40,682 bases of DNA, taken from NCBI GenBank assembly GCA_046331705.1, contig JAXLQJ010000064.1, positions 1 to 40,682 of the forward strand. Direction: 5' to 3'. Made by a program: the position numbers and the translations under genes. The stretch is from a bacterium. Its GTDB lineage: Bacteria; JADJOY01. The stretch's first letter is position 1. Each line of letters opens with the position of its first letter. The notes under the pieces were generated by a model. It had not been told where the DNA came from. It was given only the letters and a program-made list of their open reading frames with translations, and searched no databases. Positions 29,353-40,682 of this stretch are shown in pieces.

Positions 29353-31980
29353 TCACGCGTCGTCGGAATCCTCCCAGTCGCGCTCGGCCTCGCCGTCGAC
29401 GGGCGCGTCCTCGCCAGCGGAGACGCCACCGATGCCGACGTAGCGCCCCTCGAATCGCGCCGACGCCAGCGAGCTCGCTACCGCGTCGAGCGTCGCGAAC
29501 TTCTCGTTGCGGGCACCGTGCAGCTCCCCGCCGAGCGGCGCCAGCATCAGGTCCCAATCGTCGTTGTCCGCGACGTGGGGTGGCCGCAGCAACACGTCCA
29601 CGGGACCGAAGCGGTCGCCGCCACCGATCACGAACGACTTCTCGAGGCTCGCCGTCCACGATTCCGCATCCGAGCGCTTGGCGTCCGGCGCCGTCCAGAC
29701 CGCGAGCTTGGTGAGAAGTTTGCGCAGCCAGCGCTGCTCCGTGACCTCGCTCGGATGGCGCCACGACGCGATCGGCCAGATGCCGGCGCGCTCGTCCCTG
29801 AACCGGTGCACCTTCGTGTCGAGCGTGGCGGCGAGCTTCGGTCCGAACCCGTTCGTTCGGCGCAAGAAAGCCCGCACGTGCTCGGGAAGCGCGACGCCGT
29901 AGCGCGCCTCGAACGCCTGGATCTCCGCGTCCGCTGCGGACTCGTGAACGAGCGGCGTGGCGAAGGCCGGAACCGCATCGAGCTTCAGCACGAACTGGTG
30001 CACGATGCCGTAACGCGCGAGCGCCACGTCGAAGCTGGGGTCGTAGGAGGCGATCTCGGAACCACGCGCGACGAGCGTTGCGCGACCCGTGACGCGTCCG
30101 TCGGGAGATTCGACGCGTGCCAGCCACAGCTCTCCCAGGGGCTGCACGGCGACCATCCAGCCCGTGGGGGTCGTGTACTCGACCTCACGTCTTCCCAGAC
30201 GGGCGAACGACTCCACGCGCGTGAGCGGTTCGCTGCCGTCGCCGATGCGCCGCAGCAGCTCGCCCAGCTCGGCGTCGGTGTGCCGGTAGCGCGCGTCGAT
30301 CTCGCGCAGCGCCGTCGCCAGCGTCGGGCTCGCCGCCTCGACGCGCTCGGCGACGAGGTCGAGCGTGGCGATCGCCGCGCGGCGCACGGCGGGATCGGGG
30401 TCCGTGAGCCGACGCGCAACCAGCGCCACGACCGAGTCACCGTTCGCTTGCGCGCCAGCGCTCGCCAGCGCCTCGCGAACCAGCGGGCGCACACGCGGAT
30501 CGGGATCGCCGAGGCGCGCCGCGAACGCCGCCGAGGCATCGATGGCGGCCAGCCGGGGCGACGAGAGCAGGCGCGCCGCCTTGAGCCGCACCGCCGCGTC
30601 GTCATCGGCGAGCGCAGCGATCAGCGCTTCGTCCGCGCGACGGTCGCGGGGTGCCCACGCGCGCAGCGCGCTCAGCGCCGTGGCTCGCACGCCCGCATCC
30701 GCGTCGGCGGCGCGAGCGAGGACGACGTCGCGCAGGCCGTCGTCGGCGTCCGCTTCGTCGAGGTCGGCGATGCGCCGTGCTGCACGCGCCCGCACACGCG
30801 GGTCCGGGTCGCCAAGGGCGCGACCGAGCGCCGCGTGCACCTCCGCGCTGCCGGGAGCGCGCTCGACCCACTCGGTGAGGACGTCGCCGCGAAGCTCGGC
30901 GTCGGGATCGCTCACCGCCGCGGCCAGCGCCGGCAGGATCTTCTCGGGCTCGATCCTCGCGTAGCGCAGCCGCCCCAACGCGGTGCGACGATCCGCGCTG
31001 GTGCCCGAGCGCAAGGCCGCGAGATCGCGCCGCTCGCGCAGCGTCGTCCAGCCCAGGAAGCCACCGGAGGCCGCCAGCGTGACCAGCGTGATGGCGAGCT
31101 GCTTCTGCACCGAGGTCCAGCGCGAGCGTACGCGCGGCGCCGGCGGCTTCGGGGGGGCGGAGCGCGGCGCTGGCCGGCCGGTCGCGAGCGCGTCGGCGCG
31201 CGCGCCGAGAACGGTCGAGGTCTCGGCGGCAACGCGCGCGCTGCGCGGCGCCGATCCGGGCAGCCCCTCCGGGTACTGCTCGCGAATGGGCAACGCCATG
31301 CGCGCACCGGCGTTCGTGAGCTGCCCCCAGATCATGCGCACGATCCCGAAGCGCCGCGATCGCATCTCGCGGTAGCTGCGCTGCAGCGAGGCGAGGAACT
31401 CCTCGCGCGGATGCTGATCGCGATCGAGGGCGGGCTCGAGTCCCTGCTCACGCAGGAACGCGATCGCGTCGCGGTGGCGCGCCACCAGCTCCTCGGGTGT
31501 GGCCGCGCCGAAATGCTGCAGCAGGGCGCGCGGGCGGCGGTGGCCCGATTGCTCGGTCTGCGTCGAGGTGTCGAGCTCCCAGTCGTCCGCGAACGGCGTA
31601 CCGACGTCCGTGATGGTCTTCTTGCCGAGATCGTAGAGCGCCACCGTGATCGGCTCGGAGCGGTGACGAAGCAAGAAGACGACGACCTCCGGAAACGATG
31701 CGAGCAGGAACTCGTCCGCGAACTCGAAGCCCATGGCTTCGTAGGTGCCGGCGAGCTTGCCGAGACGGCGTACCCGCTGCTGGTACGCGGCGGTCTTCGG
31801 GATCGGTTGCGGGTTGCGCGCCGCCCGCTCGCTCGACAGCATGAGCAACGCGACGCCACCGACGAGCGTGATCGGCAGCGCGATCAGCCCCACCGCCCAC
31901 CCCGGCACGTGCAGGTGCTCGATGAGCGTCCACACCACGCTCACGACCAGGAAAATCACGAGCTGGTTCTTGAAGGTCAT
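29353..31980 (-). CDS. Membrane protein with HEAT repeats and a C-terminal SMI1/KNR4 (SUKH) domain
   Basis: Two N-terminal TMs and a third TM; about 6 L.D.D..VR..A...L repeats; EIQAFEARYGVALPEHVRAFLRRTNG; ATG at 31980. Confidence 0.78.
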   Translation of the reverse strand: MTFKNQLVIFLVVSVVWTLIEHLHVPGWAVGLIALPITLVGGVALLMLSSERAARNPQPIPKTAAYQQRVRRLGKLAGTYEAMGFEFADEFLLASFPEVVVFLLRHRSEPITVALYDLGKKTITDVGTPFADDWELDTSTQTEQSGHRRPRALLQHFGAATPEELVARHRDAIAFLREQGLEPALDRDQHPREEFLASLQRSYREMRSRRFGIVRMIWGQLTNAGARMALPIREQYPEGLPGSAPRSARVAAETSTVLGARADALATGRPAPRSAPPKPPAPRVRSRWTSVQKQLAITLVTLAASGGFLGWTTLRERRDLAALRSGTSADRRTALGRLRYARIEPEKILPALAAAVSDPDAELRGDVLTEWVERAPGSAEVHAALGRALGDPDPRVRARAARRIADLDEADADDGLRDVVLARAADADAGVRATALSALRAWAPRDRRADEALIAALADDDAAVRLKAARLLSSPRLAAIDASAAFAARLGDPDPRVRPLVREALASAGAQANGDSVVALVARRLTDPDPAVRRAAIATLDLVAERVEAASPTLATALREIDARYRHTDAELGELLRRIGDGSEPLTRVESFARLGRREVEYTTPTGWMVAVQPLGELWLARVESPDGRVTGRATLVARGSEIASYDPSFDVALARYGIVHQFVLKLDAVPAFATPLVHESAADAEIQAFEARYGVALPEHVRAFLRRTNGFGPKLAATLDTKVHRFRDERAGIWPIASWRHPSEVTEQRWLRKLLTKLAVWTAPDAKRSDAESWTASLEKSFVIGGGDRFGPVDVLLRPPHVADNDDWDLMLAPLGGELHGARNEKFATLDAVASSLASARFEGRYVGIGGVSAGEDAPVDGEAERDWEDSDDA

Positions 31981-32009
31981 GCCCGATTCCTCGCCAGCGG
32001 CCCGCGAAG

Positions 32010-32028
32010 GCTTCACGAGCCTTCACGC
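32010..32028. promoter_or_regulatory. Second copy of the GCTTCACG-NNN-CTTCACGC box
   Basis: 16/19 identical to 22208-22226; about 30 bp upstream of the HEAT-SMI1 gene. Confidence 0.45.
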
Positions 32029-32125
32029 AGAAACGACCGCCGAGCTCGGGCTTATGCCATAGGGCGCCCGCAGTCCGGAAGCGGTCCGGTGAGGCGGGCG
32101 CGCGCCGCGGTGGACGCCGATTCGC

Positions 32126-33457
32126 TCAGGGCACTGCGTGGGCGATGGCGGCGTAGGTATCCCACGCTTGCTTGTGGGAACCGTCGCCGCGCACCAGGCC
32201 CCAGAAGGGCTCGACCGCTTGGAGCACGTAGACGAAGTGGGTCTGGATGTAATCGACGTTGGTGAGCAAGAAGCCCACCAGCGCGCCGACGTCGCCGCTG
32301 TCGTAGGCATCGGCGACCAGCGCCAGATTGGCCAGGTCCTCGGGGGTGATCTCGACGGTGCTGGTCTCGGCGGTTTGCGTTCCGAACAGGAAGAACCCGC
32401 TCGCGCCAGCGGCGATCGCGCCATCGAACGCCGTCTGCACGTACTGCGCTTGCTGCGCCTCGTCGAAGCCCTCGATCGCTGGGCCCGTCGGGTAGCCCGT
32501 CTCGACCACCACGATCGGCATGCCGCAGCTCTCGCCCTGGATGCGCGCGACGCGCTCACCCACCACGTCGCCCGCCACGGGTGAGGCGCGGTAGTAGTTG
32601 GGGTACGCATCCATTCCCAGGAAGTCCATCTCCAGCCGCCATTGCTGGATGCTCGCGAGCCACGTCGGCTGCAACAGGAACTGCATCAGCTCGTCGGAGA
32701 TGTCGGTGTGGAAGTTCAGCGTGGTGAGCGCCGTGGGATCGGCGTCCTTCACCGCGAGCCTGAGCGTCTTCAGGATCTGGGTGACGTAGGTCCAGTCCTG
32801 CCACGCCGAGCCGAACGCTTCGAGAAGGCTCGGCGAGCGCCAGCCCCACAGCGCCGTGAGAAAGGCTTGATTGAGCTCGTTCTCGGTCTGCCAGTACGCG
32901 ATGCGCAGATCGCCCGGCGCGTCGAGGTGGCCGTCGTGGTCGTAGCGCTCCACCGTGGCGCGCGCCGCCAGGTAGATGCGCGCCAGGTACTCGTCCCGGC
33001 CCAGGTGATCGGGATCGGCCGGCTGCTCCGGTTGCGCGGCGAGCCTCGGCAAAGCGCCCACGTAGCCGTGGCCCACGATCGGGACCGGCACCAACCCGCC
33101 CGCGAGCATGCCGCCGATCTCGGCGTCGAAGCTCGACCACGTGTGTCCAACGATGTAGTCGTCGACGATCTCCGGATGGCTGCGGATCTCGTCCACGGTG
33201 AGCCCCAGCGGAGTCACGGTGGGCTCGATCTCACGCCATGCGAGCGTCGGGCGTGCGTACCGGACACCCAGCTCCTGGGCGAGCGGAACCAGCGTCGCGG
33301 GCGTCTGCGAGAGGCCGATCATCCGCTCCGGCAGCGTGATCGGGTGGAAATCCGGTGGACAGGTGGGCGTGCAGCCGGCGAGTGCGCACGCGAGCCCGAG
33401 AATCGGGGGCGCGGACCGGCGCATGCGGCGAACGATCGCAAGCGGATTCGAAGGCAT
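32126..33457 (-). CDS. Clan GH-A (TIM-barrel) glycoside hydrolase lipoprotein
   Basis: Lipobox LAGC; WQTENE acid/base and VVETGYP nucleophile motifs; D.YPNY; WGL...DG..K.AW; start may be ATG 33424. Confidence 0.75.
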   Translation of the reverse strand: MPSNPLAIVRRMRRSAPPILGLACALAGCTPTCPPDFHPITLPERMIGLSQTPATLVPLAQELGVRYARPTLAWREIEPTVTPLGLTVDEIRSHPEIVDDYIVGHTWSSFDAEIGGMLAGGLVPVPIVGHGYVGALPRLAAQPEQPADPDHLGRDEYLARIYLAARATVERYDHDGHLDAPGDLRIAYWQTENELNQAFLTALWGWRSPSLLEAFGSAWQDWTYVTQILKTLRLAVKDADPTALTTLNFHTDISDELMQFLLQPTWLASIQQWRLEMDFLGMDAYPNYYRASPVAGDVVGERVARIQGESCGMPIVVVETGYPTGPAIEGFDEAQQAQYVQTAFDGAIAAGASGFFLFGTQTAETSTVEITPEDLANLALVADAYDSGDVGALVGFLLTNVDYIQTHFVYVLQAVEPFWGLVRGDGSHKQAWDTYAAIAHAVP

Positions 33458-33575
33458 CGTTCCATGATACGGACCTGCGCGTGGCGGCGCATCCCCGGGA
33501 TCCGACCGGCCGAGCCCGACCGAGCCCGACGGACCCTGCTCATGGATCGCCGACGAGCTGCCGATAACGATCCTG

Positions 33576-36442
<2,867 letters not shown>

Positions 36443-36473
36443 AGTCGACGGCAGAGCAAGGAGGACGGATCGC

Positions 36474-37354
36474 ATGGGATTGATGGACAGCCTCGGACGC
36501 TTGCTCGGAAGAAGGAACGCGATTGGGACGCGGCGTTTCCGTATCAACGGGGCTACCAGCCGCCGGCCCCGCCTGCGAGCACACCGGGCGCGAGCGCCAC
36601 CGGCTCCGCCCCGGACGCGAGCGCGGCCGGTCACCGGGGCGCCCGCGGCATTCGTGTCGCTGGGCTCGATGGGGCTGAGCGCGGCGCAGCCGCCAAGCAG
36701 CGCCAGGTGATCCAAGCCACCGCCACCGTCGCCACGCGCGGCGCCCAGACGGACGCGGATGCCGGCGGGGATCGAACGCCATCCGCATCAAGGCCGAGCC
36801 GCAGCTCACCATTGACGCCTGCCAAGTTCCGCTAGCGAGCCACGGCCGATCTTCCCGGGCCGCTCGTGGTACTTCGCCGGCCCGGGCGTGACCCAAGGCT
36901 CACCCTCGCCGACCAGCTCTTCGCCCTCGACGGCGTCGAGTCGGTGCTGATCGACGATTCCACCGTCACGGTGACGCGCAAGGCGAAGGAAGGCGACTGG
37001 AAAGCGCTCGCCAGCGAGATCGGCGCGCGAATCCGGGCTCAGCTCGAATCGAGCGACCCGGCCGTGGCGGCGACCATCGCCGAGCAGATCCCTGCCGAGG
37101 ACATCCGCACGCAGATCAGAAGGTCATCGACCTCGAGGTCAACCCGGCGTCGCGGCACCTCGGGGCACATCAGCCTCACCGCGGTGCTGGCAACAGCGTC
37201 TACATCAAGATGGGCGGCGGTTGTGGGGTTGCAGCGCCGCCGACCTGACGCTGAAGGAAGGCATCCACCGCTCGTTCCGCACCGCGGTGCCTTCGTGGGT
37301 GCGATCTACGACGAGACCGACCACAAGGCGGAGCTCAACCCGTACTTCCGCTGA
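36474..37354 (+). CDS. NifU/NfuA-like Fe-S carrier with an Nfu_N-like domain (frameshifted)
   Basis: AGGAGG RBS; SPLA.QLFAL.GV.SV.I, EVNPGVA, YIKMGGGC..CSAADLTLKEGI, IYDETDH...NPYF pieces in alternating frames. Confidence 0.78.
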
Positions 37355-37374
37355 GTCACCGAGCACGAGGCCCC

Positions 37375-37727
37375 ATGCCGCGGGTGAACAACTTCGAGGT
37401 CGAGATCGTCACGGGCACAGCGGGCCGCCGGGCCCGTGAAGTTCGACTTCAACGGCCACACGATGGAGTTCCCGAAGCCCACGGGCGGCACCGGACCCGG
37501 CGAGACGTTCCGGGGCTCGTTCGACGCGCGCAGCTTCGCCCACAGCGTCGCCCTCGTGGGACCAGCCGAAGGCCGATCAGCAGATCGCGCGGCTCGCGAT
37601 CACCTGCTCCTGCGACAACGCGGCACGCCTTACGTCGTCACCTTCGAGAACCTCGAAGGCCGACGACAGCAAAGTAGCGGCGCTCGACATCTGGCGCCCG
37701 CCGCCGCTCGCGACGTTCGACGTGTGA
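37375..37727 (+). CDS. Small hypothetical protein (frameshifted)
   Basis: MPRVNNFEVEIVTG / VKFDFNGHTMEF...GGTGPGETFRGSF...SFAHSVALVGP / DIWRPPPLATFDV* in successive frames with high-GC3 codons. Confidence 0.55.
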
Positions 37728-37776
37728 GCGCGGTCGCTCGCCGCGCCCGATTCTTCCGCCGCGACGGTTGCCGGGG

Positions 37777-39129
37777 TCACGCCCCCGCGAGCTTCGCGAG
37801 CGCGCGCGCGAGGAGCTCGAGGTGGCCGCGCGCCATTCGCGCCAGTGAGACCGGCGACTCGGCGGGAAGCAGGCCGAGCCGGTACTGGACCGCGAGCGAG
37901 AGATTCCAGAGCGCCGCGAGCGCGGTGAGCGCGGCCAGCGTCGAGCGCGCCACTCGGGAGGGAAGCTCGCGCCAGAGCGCCGCCAGCCCGAGCACGAACG
38001 CGAAGCTCGAGCTCGCGAACATGCGTCCGCCCAGCGCCGCCCCCTGCCACCAATCGTGCCAGGCACCCACGAGCCAGAGCTGCGCGAGCCAGCCGAGCAA
38101 GAGCCCCGCCCCCAGCCCCCGATCGCGATACGCCAGGACCACCAGCCCCGCGACCGCCACCAGCGTGAGCGGGTGCCATGCAAAGAGCCCGTGCAGGGGC
38201 GAAAAGAGCACGGCGCCGATCCGCGGGTGAAGCCAGGCGAACGTGGGACCGCGCTCCGCGGCGGCGGCCTCGTGAAAGTACGGCACCGCCGCGACCGAGC
38301 CGAACGTCCACGCATACACCGCCACCTGGATCAGCGCGACACCCAGCGCCGCGGCGGCGGCGATGCCGAGCATCGTCGCCGTCGATCGCCTCCCGGGATG
38401 CGCGACGTCCCGGCCGTCGAGCGATCGCGGCGGCCAGATCCCCCAGCACCCGATCGTCACCGCGAAGAGCGCGTCCTGCGGCCGTGTCAGCGCCGCCAGC
38501 CCGAGCGCCGCCCCCAGCGTCGCCGCCTCCCGCGGTCGACCGCGCCAGTCCCGGGTGAGCGCCAGATAGAGCGTGAGCGAGACGAGCGCCTCGGAGACCG
38601 CGTGCGCCATCGAGGGCTCGAACGCCAAGTAGTAGAAGACCGGCGACGCGAACCACACTCCGAGCACCGCCACGAGCGCGCCGCCGCGCCCGGCGATCCG
38701 TCGCGCGGCCTGCGCCGCAAGCAGCAGCCCCGCCACGCCGAGCAGCGCGCTGCCGAGGCAATAGGCGAGCTCGTACGGCCACGAGTAGCCGTCGGCGGTC
38801 ACGTTCACTCCCGCCGCCGCGAGCCCCAGCGCGAGGCCGTGGCCGAGAGCGAAGAACGGCGTCAACACCAGCGCCGTGCCGATCGGGTACTTGCTGTAGG
38901 TCGGGATCTCGTGCGGCCACCGACCCGGCGCCCAGCGCGCCACCTCGTCGTCGATGCGCAGGTCGCGGTCGAACGCCAGCGAGCGCAGCGGCGCGTAGTA
39001 GCCCACGCCATCGCCGAAGACGCCGAAGCCGGTCTTCGCGAAGGTGGCGGTGAGAATGACCGCCGTCAGCGCCGCCGCCGCGAGCCACACCCAGCGAGCG
39101 GCTCCCCACGCGCGCTCGGTCTCGCCCAT
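37777..39129 (-). CDS. GT-C fold membrane glycosyltransferase
   Basis: GDGVGYYAPLRSL..DRDL, KYPIG, LTRPQ, GLF.WHP, WHDWW.G...GGRMF; about 10 TMs. Confidence 0.78.
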   Translation of the reverse strand: MGETERAWGAARWVWLAAAALTAVILTATFAKTGFGVFGDGVGYYAPLRSLAFDRDLRIDDEVARWAPGRWPHEIPTYSKYPIGTALVLTPFFALGHGLALGLAAAGVNVTADGYSWPYELAYCLGSALLGVAGLLLAAQAARRIAGRGGALVAVLGVWFASPVFYYLAFEPSMAHAVSEALVSLTLYLALTRDWRGRPREAATLGAALGLAALTRPQDALFAVTIGCWGIWPPRSLDGRDVAHPGRRSTATMLGIAAAAALGVALIQVAVYAWTFGSVAAVPYFHEAAAAERGPTFAWLHPRIGAVLFSPLHGLFAWHPLTLVAVAGLVVLAYRDRGLGAGLLLGWLAQLWLVGAWHDWWQGAALGGRMFASSSFAFVLGLAALWRELPSRVARSTLAALTALAALWNLSLAVQYRLGLLPAESPVSLARMARGHLELLARALAKLAGA

Positions 39130-39191
39130 CGCGCGACCAGACTACCAGGCGCGACGTGGGCGCGACGCTCGGAACCGCGCGCTCGCGCGGC

Positions 39192-40292
39192 TCACCAGTG
39201 CACGGTCTGATCGGTCGCGAAGCCCGGCAGGTCGCGCACTTCGATCGACCGGCCGTCCGCGTCCACCAGCGTGCCGCTGAAGCGGCCGATCGGCTGGCGG
39301 TAGTAGACCTTCGCCCAGATCGCGTCGCGCTGGCCCATGCGGACCACGTCCGGACGGAACGTGAGGCGCACCCTTCCATCCTCGCTGCGGACCGCCCATT
39401 CGCCGTCCTTGCGCGCCAGGTCCATCGCGAAGCTGACCCGGCCCACCGCGACCGGCTGACCATCGAACCAGAGGAAGTTCTCCGGCTCGCCCAGGCCATC
39501 GTTGGCGCGCGTCAGGTTGAACGCCACGATCCGCTTGCCGTCGGCACAGGGCCCCGCGCCGCTCATCCAGGTCCAGCGCGCGTCGCGCGGATGCAGCGCC
39601 CACTGCCAGTTGAACATCGCGAACGACTGGCCCTCGCGCACGCTGCGCGAGCGCCCGTCCACGAGCGCCTGGCCCGAGGCCGGGAGCGGCCCACTGCGAT
39701 GGCTGTACACGAGGCCGTAGGGCGGCAGCCCCTGCACCGAGTTGATGGGCACGGTCGCGCGACCGTCGTCCGCGATCTTGAGGCTGAGATCGATGGCGCC
39801 CCGATACGTCCGCGAGGTCAGCGACAGGCGCCTCAGGCCGTGGGCACAGTCGTGCTCGAACTCGACCCGCACGCCGCGCGAGCGAAACCGGACCAAGCCG
39901 GCGAGCGGGTTGCCGCGGAAGGTCAGTCCCAGGCCGAACGGCGCCAGCCGCGCGAACTCGTGCAGGCGGTTGGTGCGGCGATCGAGGACGTAGCAGAAGG
40001 CACTCGCCAAGTACTTGAGGTCGAGGATCGCGACACTCGCCGCGACGTCGGGCGACACCACGTAGAGCTGATTCCAGCGCTTCTCGCGCAACCACTGCCA
40101 CGCGCTGCGGCGAAACGGCCCGCGCAGGTCCTGGGTGTTGAGCTCGCGGATCACGCCCCGGAAAGCGCCCGTGTTGGGGTGACCCTCCGCGTCGACGAGC
40201 TGCGCCGGAACAGGGCGCATCGCCCGATCCGGTGGGGTCGGACGCGGGTCGATCGGCATGCCCGCAGCGGGGGTGAGGTTGGCGGCTGTCAT
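39192..40292 (-). CDS. DUF2804-family protein
   Basis: LREKRW, AI.DL.Y, WTW..G, FNL, EN.LW.DG, W...SEDG...L.F.P, Y.QP.GRFSG motifs; likely ATG at 40292. Confidence 0.75.
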   Translation of the reverse strand: MTAANLTPAAGMPIDPRPTPPDRAMRPVPAQLVDAEGHPNTGAFRGVIRELNTQDLRGPFRRSAWQWLREKRWNQLYVVSPDVAASVAILDLKYLASAFCYVLDRRTNRLHEFARLAPFGLGLTFRGNPLAGLVRFRSRGVRVEFEHDCAHGLRRLSLTSRTYRGAIDLSLKIADDGRATVPINSVQGLPPYGLVYSHRSGPLPASGQALVDGRSRSVREGQSFAMFNWQWALHPRDARWTWMSGAGPCADGKRIVAFNLTRANDGLGEPENFLWFDGQPVAVGRVSFAMDLARKDGEWAVRSEDGRVRLTFRPDVVRMGQRDAIWAKVYYRQPIGRFSGTLVDADGRSIEVRDLPGFATDQTVHW

Positions 40293-40682
40293 CGCTCGTG
40301 TGCCCACGTGCACGTGCACAAGCATCCAGCATAGAGAACTCTCGCCGCGCCGCGCCATAGCGACGCGAACGATGTCCCGTGACACCGTAGCCTTGAGCCT
40401 CGGACCGGCCGGGTGGCCGCACCCCGATGTACTAGGCACAACTACGGTCGCAAGTTGGCGAATTCATGGGTCGTTGCCGCAGGGAGGCGGTCGGCCTGCG
40501 ACCACGAACGCCATCGCCGTTGCGACGCGGCAACGCACGCACCCGCGGCGCCGCGCGAGCACCCCGGACGGGAGCCAGCCTCCCCGGCGGGGCGGGCACG
40601 AGGGCTCGGAAAACCCCGAGCGTGCGTCAGCCCATCCTCACAACTCGGCCGACCAGTCTCCACGCTCGCCGCCCATCTCTCC

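Noticed and set aside
28834..32265. 1143-aa plus-strand ORF (and similar long Arg/Ala-rich ORFs such as 20718-22346, 24433-26010, 37577-39499)
   Set aside because: Antisense or off-frame shadows of real genes in high-GC DNA, with no motifs
40442..40682. 73-aa minus-strand ORF at the window end
   Set aside because: Low-complexity and unsupported; the region may be intergenic after a gene ending near 40638

Overview
High-GC (roughly 70%) bacterial DNA; the gene repertoire resembles Myxococcota or related deltaproteobacteria (inference). The window has two parts. Part 1 (~1.4-16.8 kb) is a dense nest of insertion sequences. An IS66 (8-bp TSD) sits inside an IS1380 transposase pseudogene. An IS21 carrying two extra ORFs (5-bp TSD) sits inside an internally deleted IS3 copy. 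A full IS3 (3-bp TSD) sits inside an IS1634 transposase pseudogene that is paired head-to-head with a DUF6788-like gene across a symmetric divergent promoter. The nest also holds a tyrosine-recombinase + IS91-type Y2/HUH transposase module with inverted hairpin-containing ends, a 5'-truncated second IS21, and one low-GC membrane glycosyltransferase-like cargo gene. Part 2 (16.8-40.7 kb) is host-like: alpha/beta hydrolase, a large Zn-ribbon/TM/Cys-repeat protein, DUF4440-like, tocopherol-cyclase-like, a Cpx-like module (Spy/CpxP, lipoprotein, RR, HK), SMUG1-type UDG, a DUF4331 pair + TPR gene behind an ECF-type promoter, a TM-HEAT-SMI1/KNR4 protein, a clan GH-A lipoprotein, a hybrid kinase, a NifU-like gene and a small gene (the last three heavily frameshifted, probably sequencing error), a GT-C glycosyltransferase and DUF2804. 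No CRISPR array, tRNA or rRNA was seen. All family calls come from motif recognition, not database searches.
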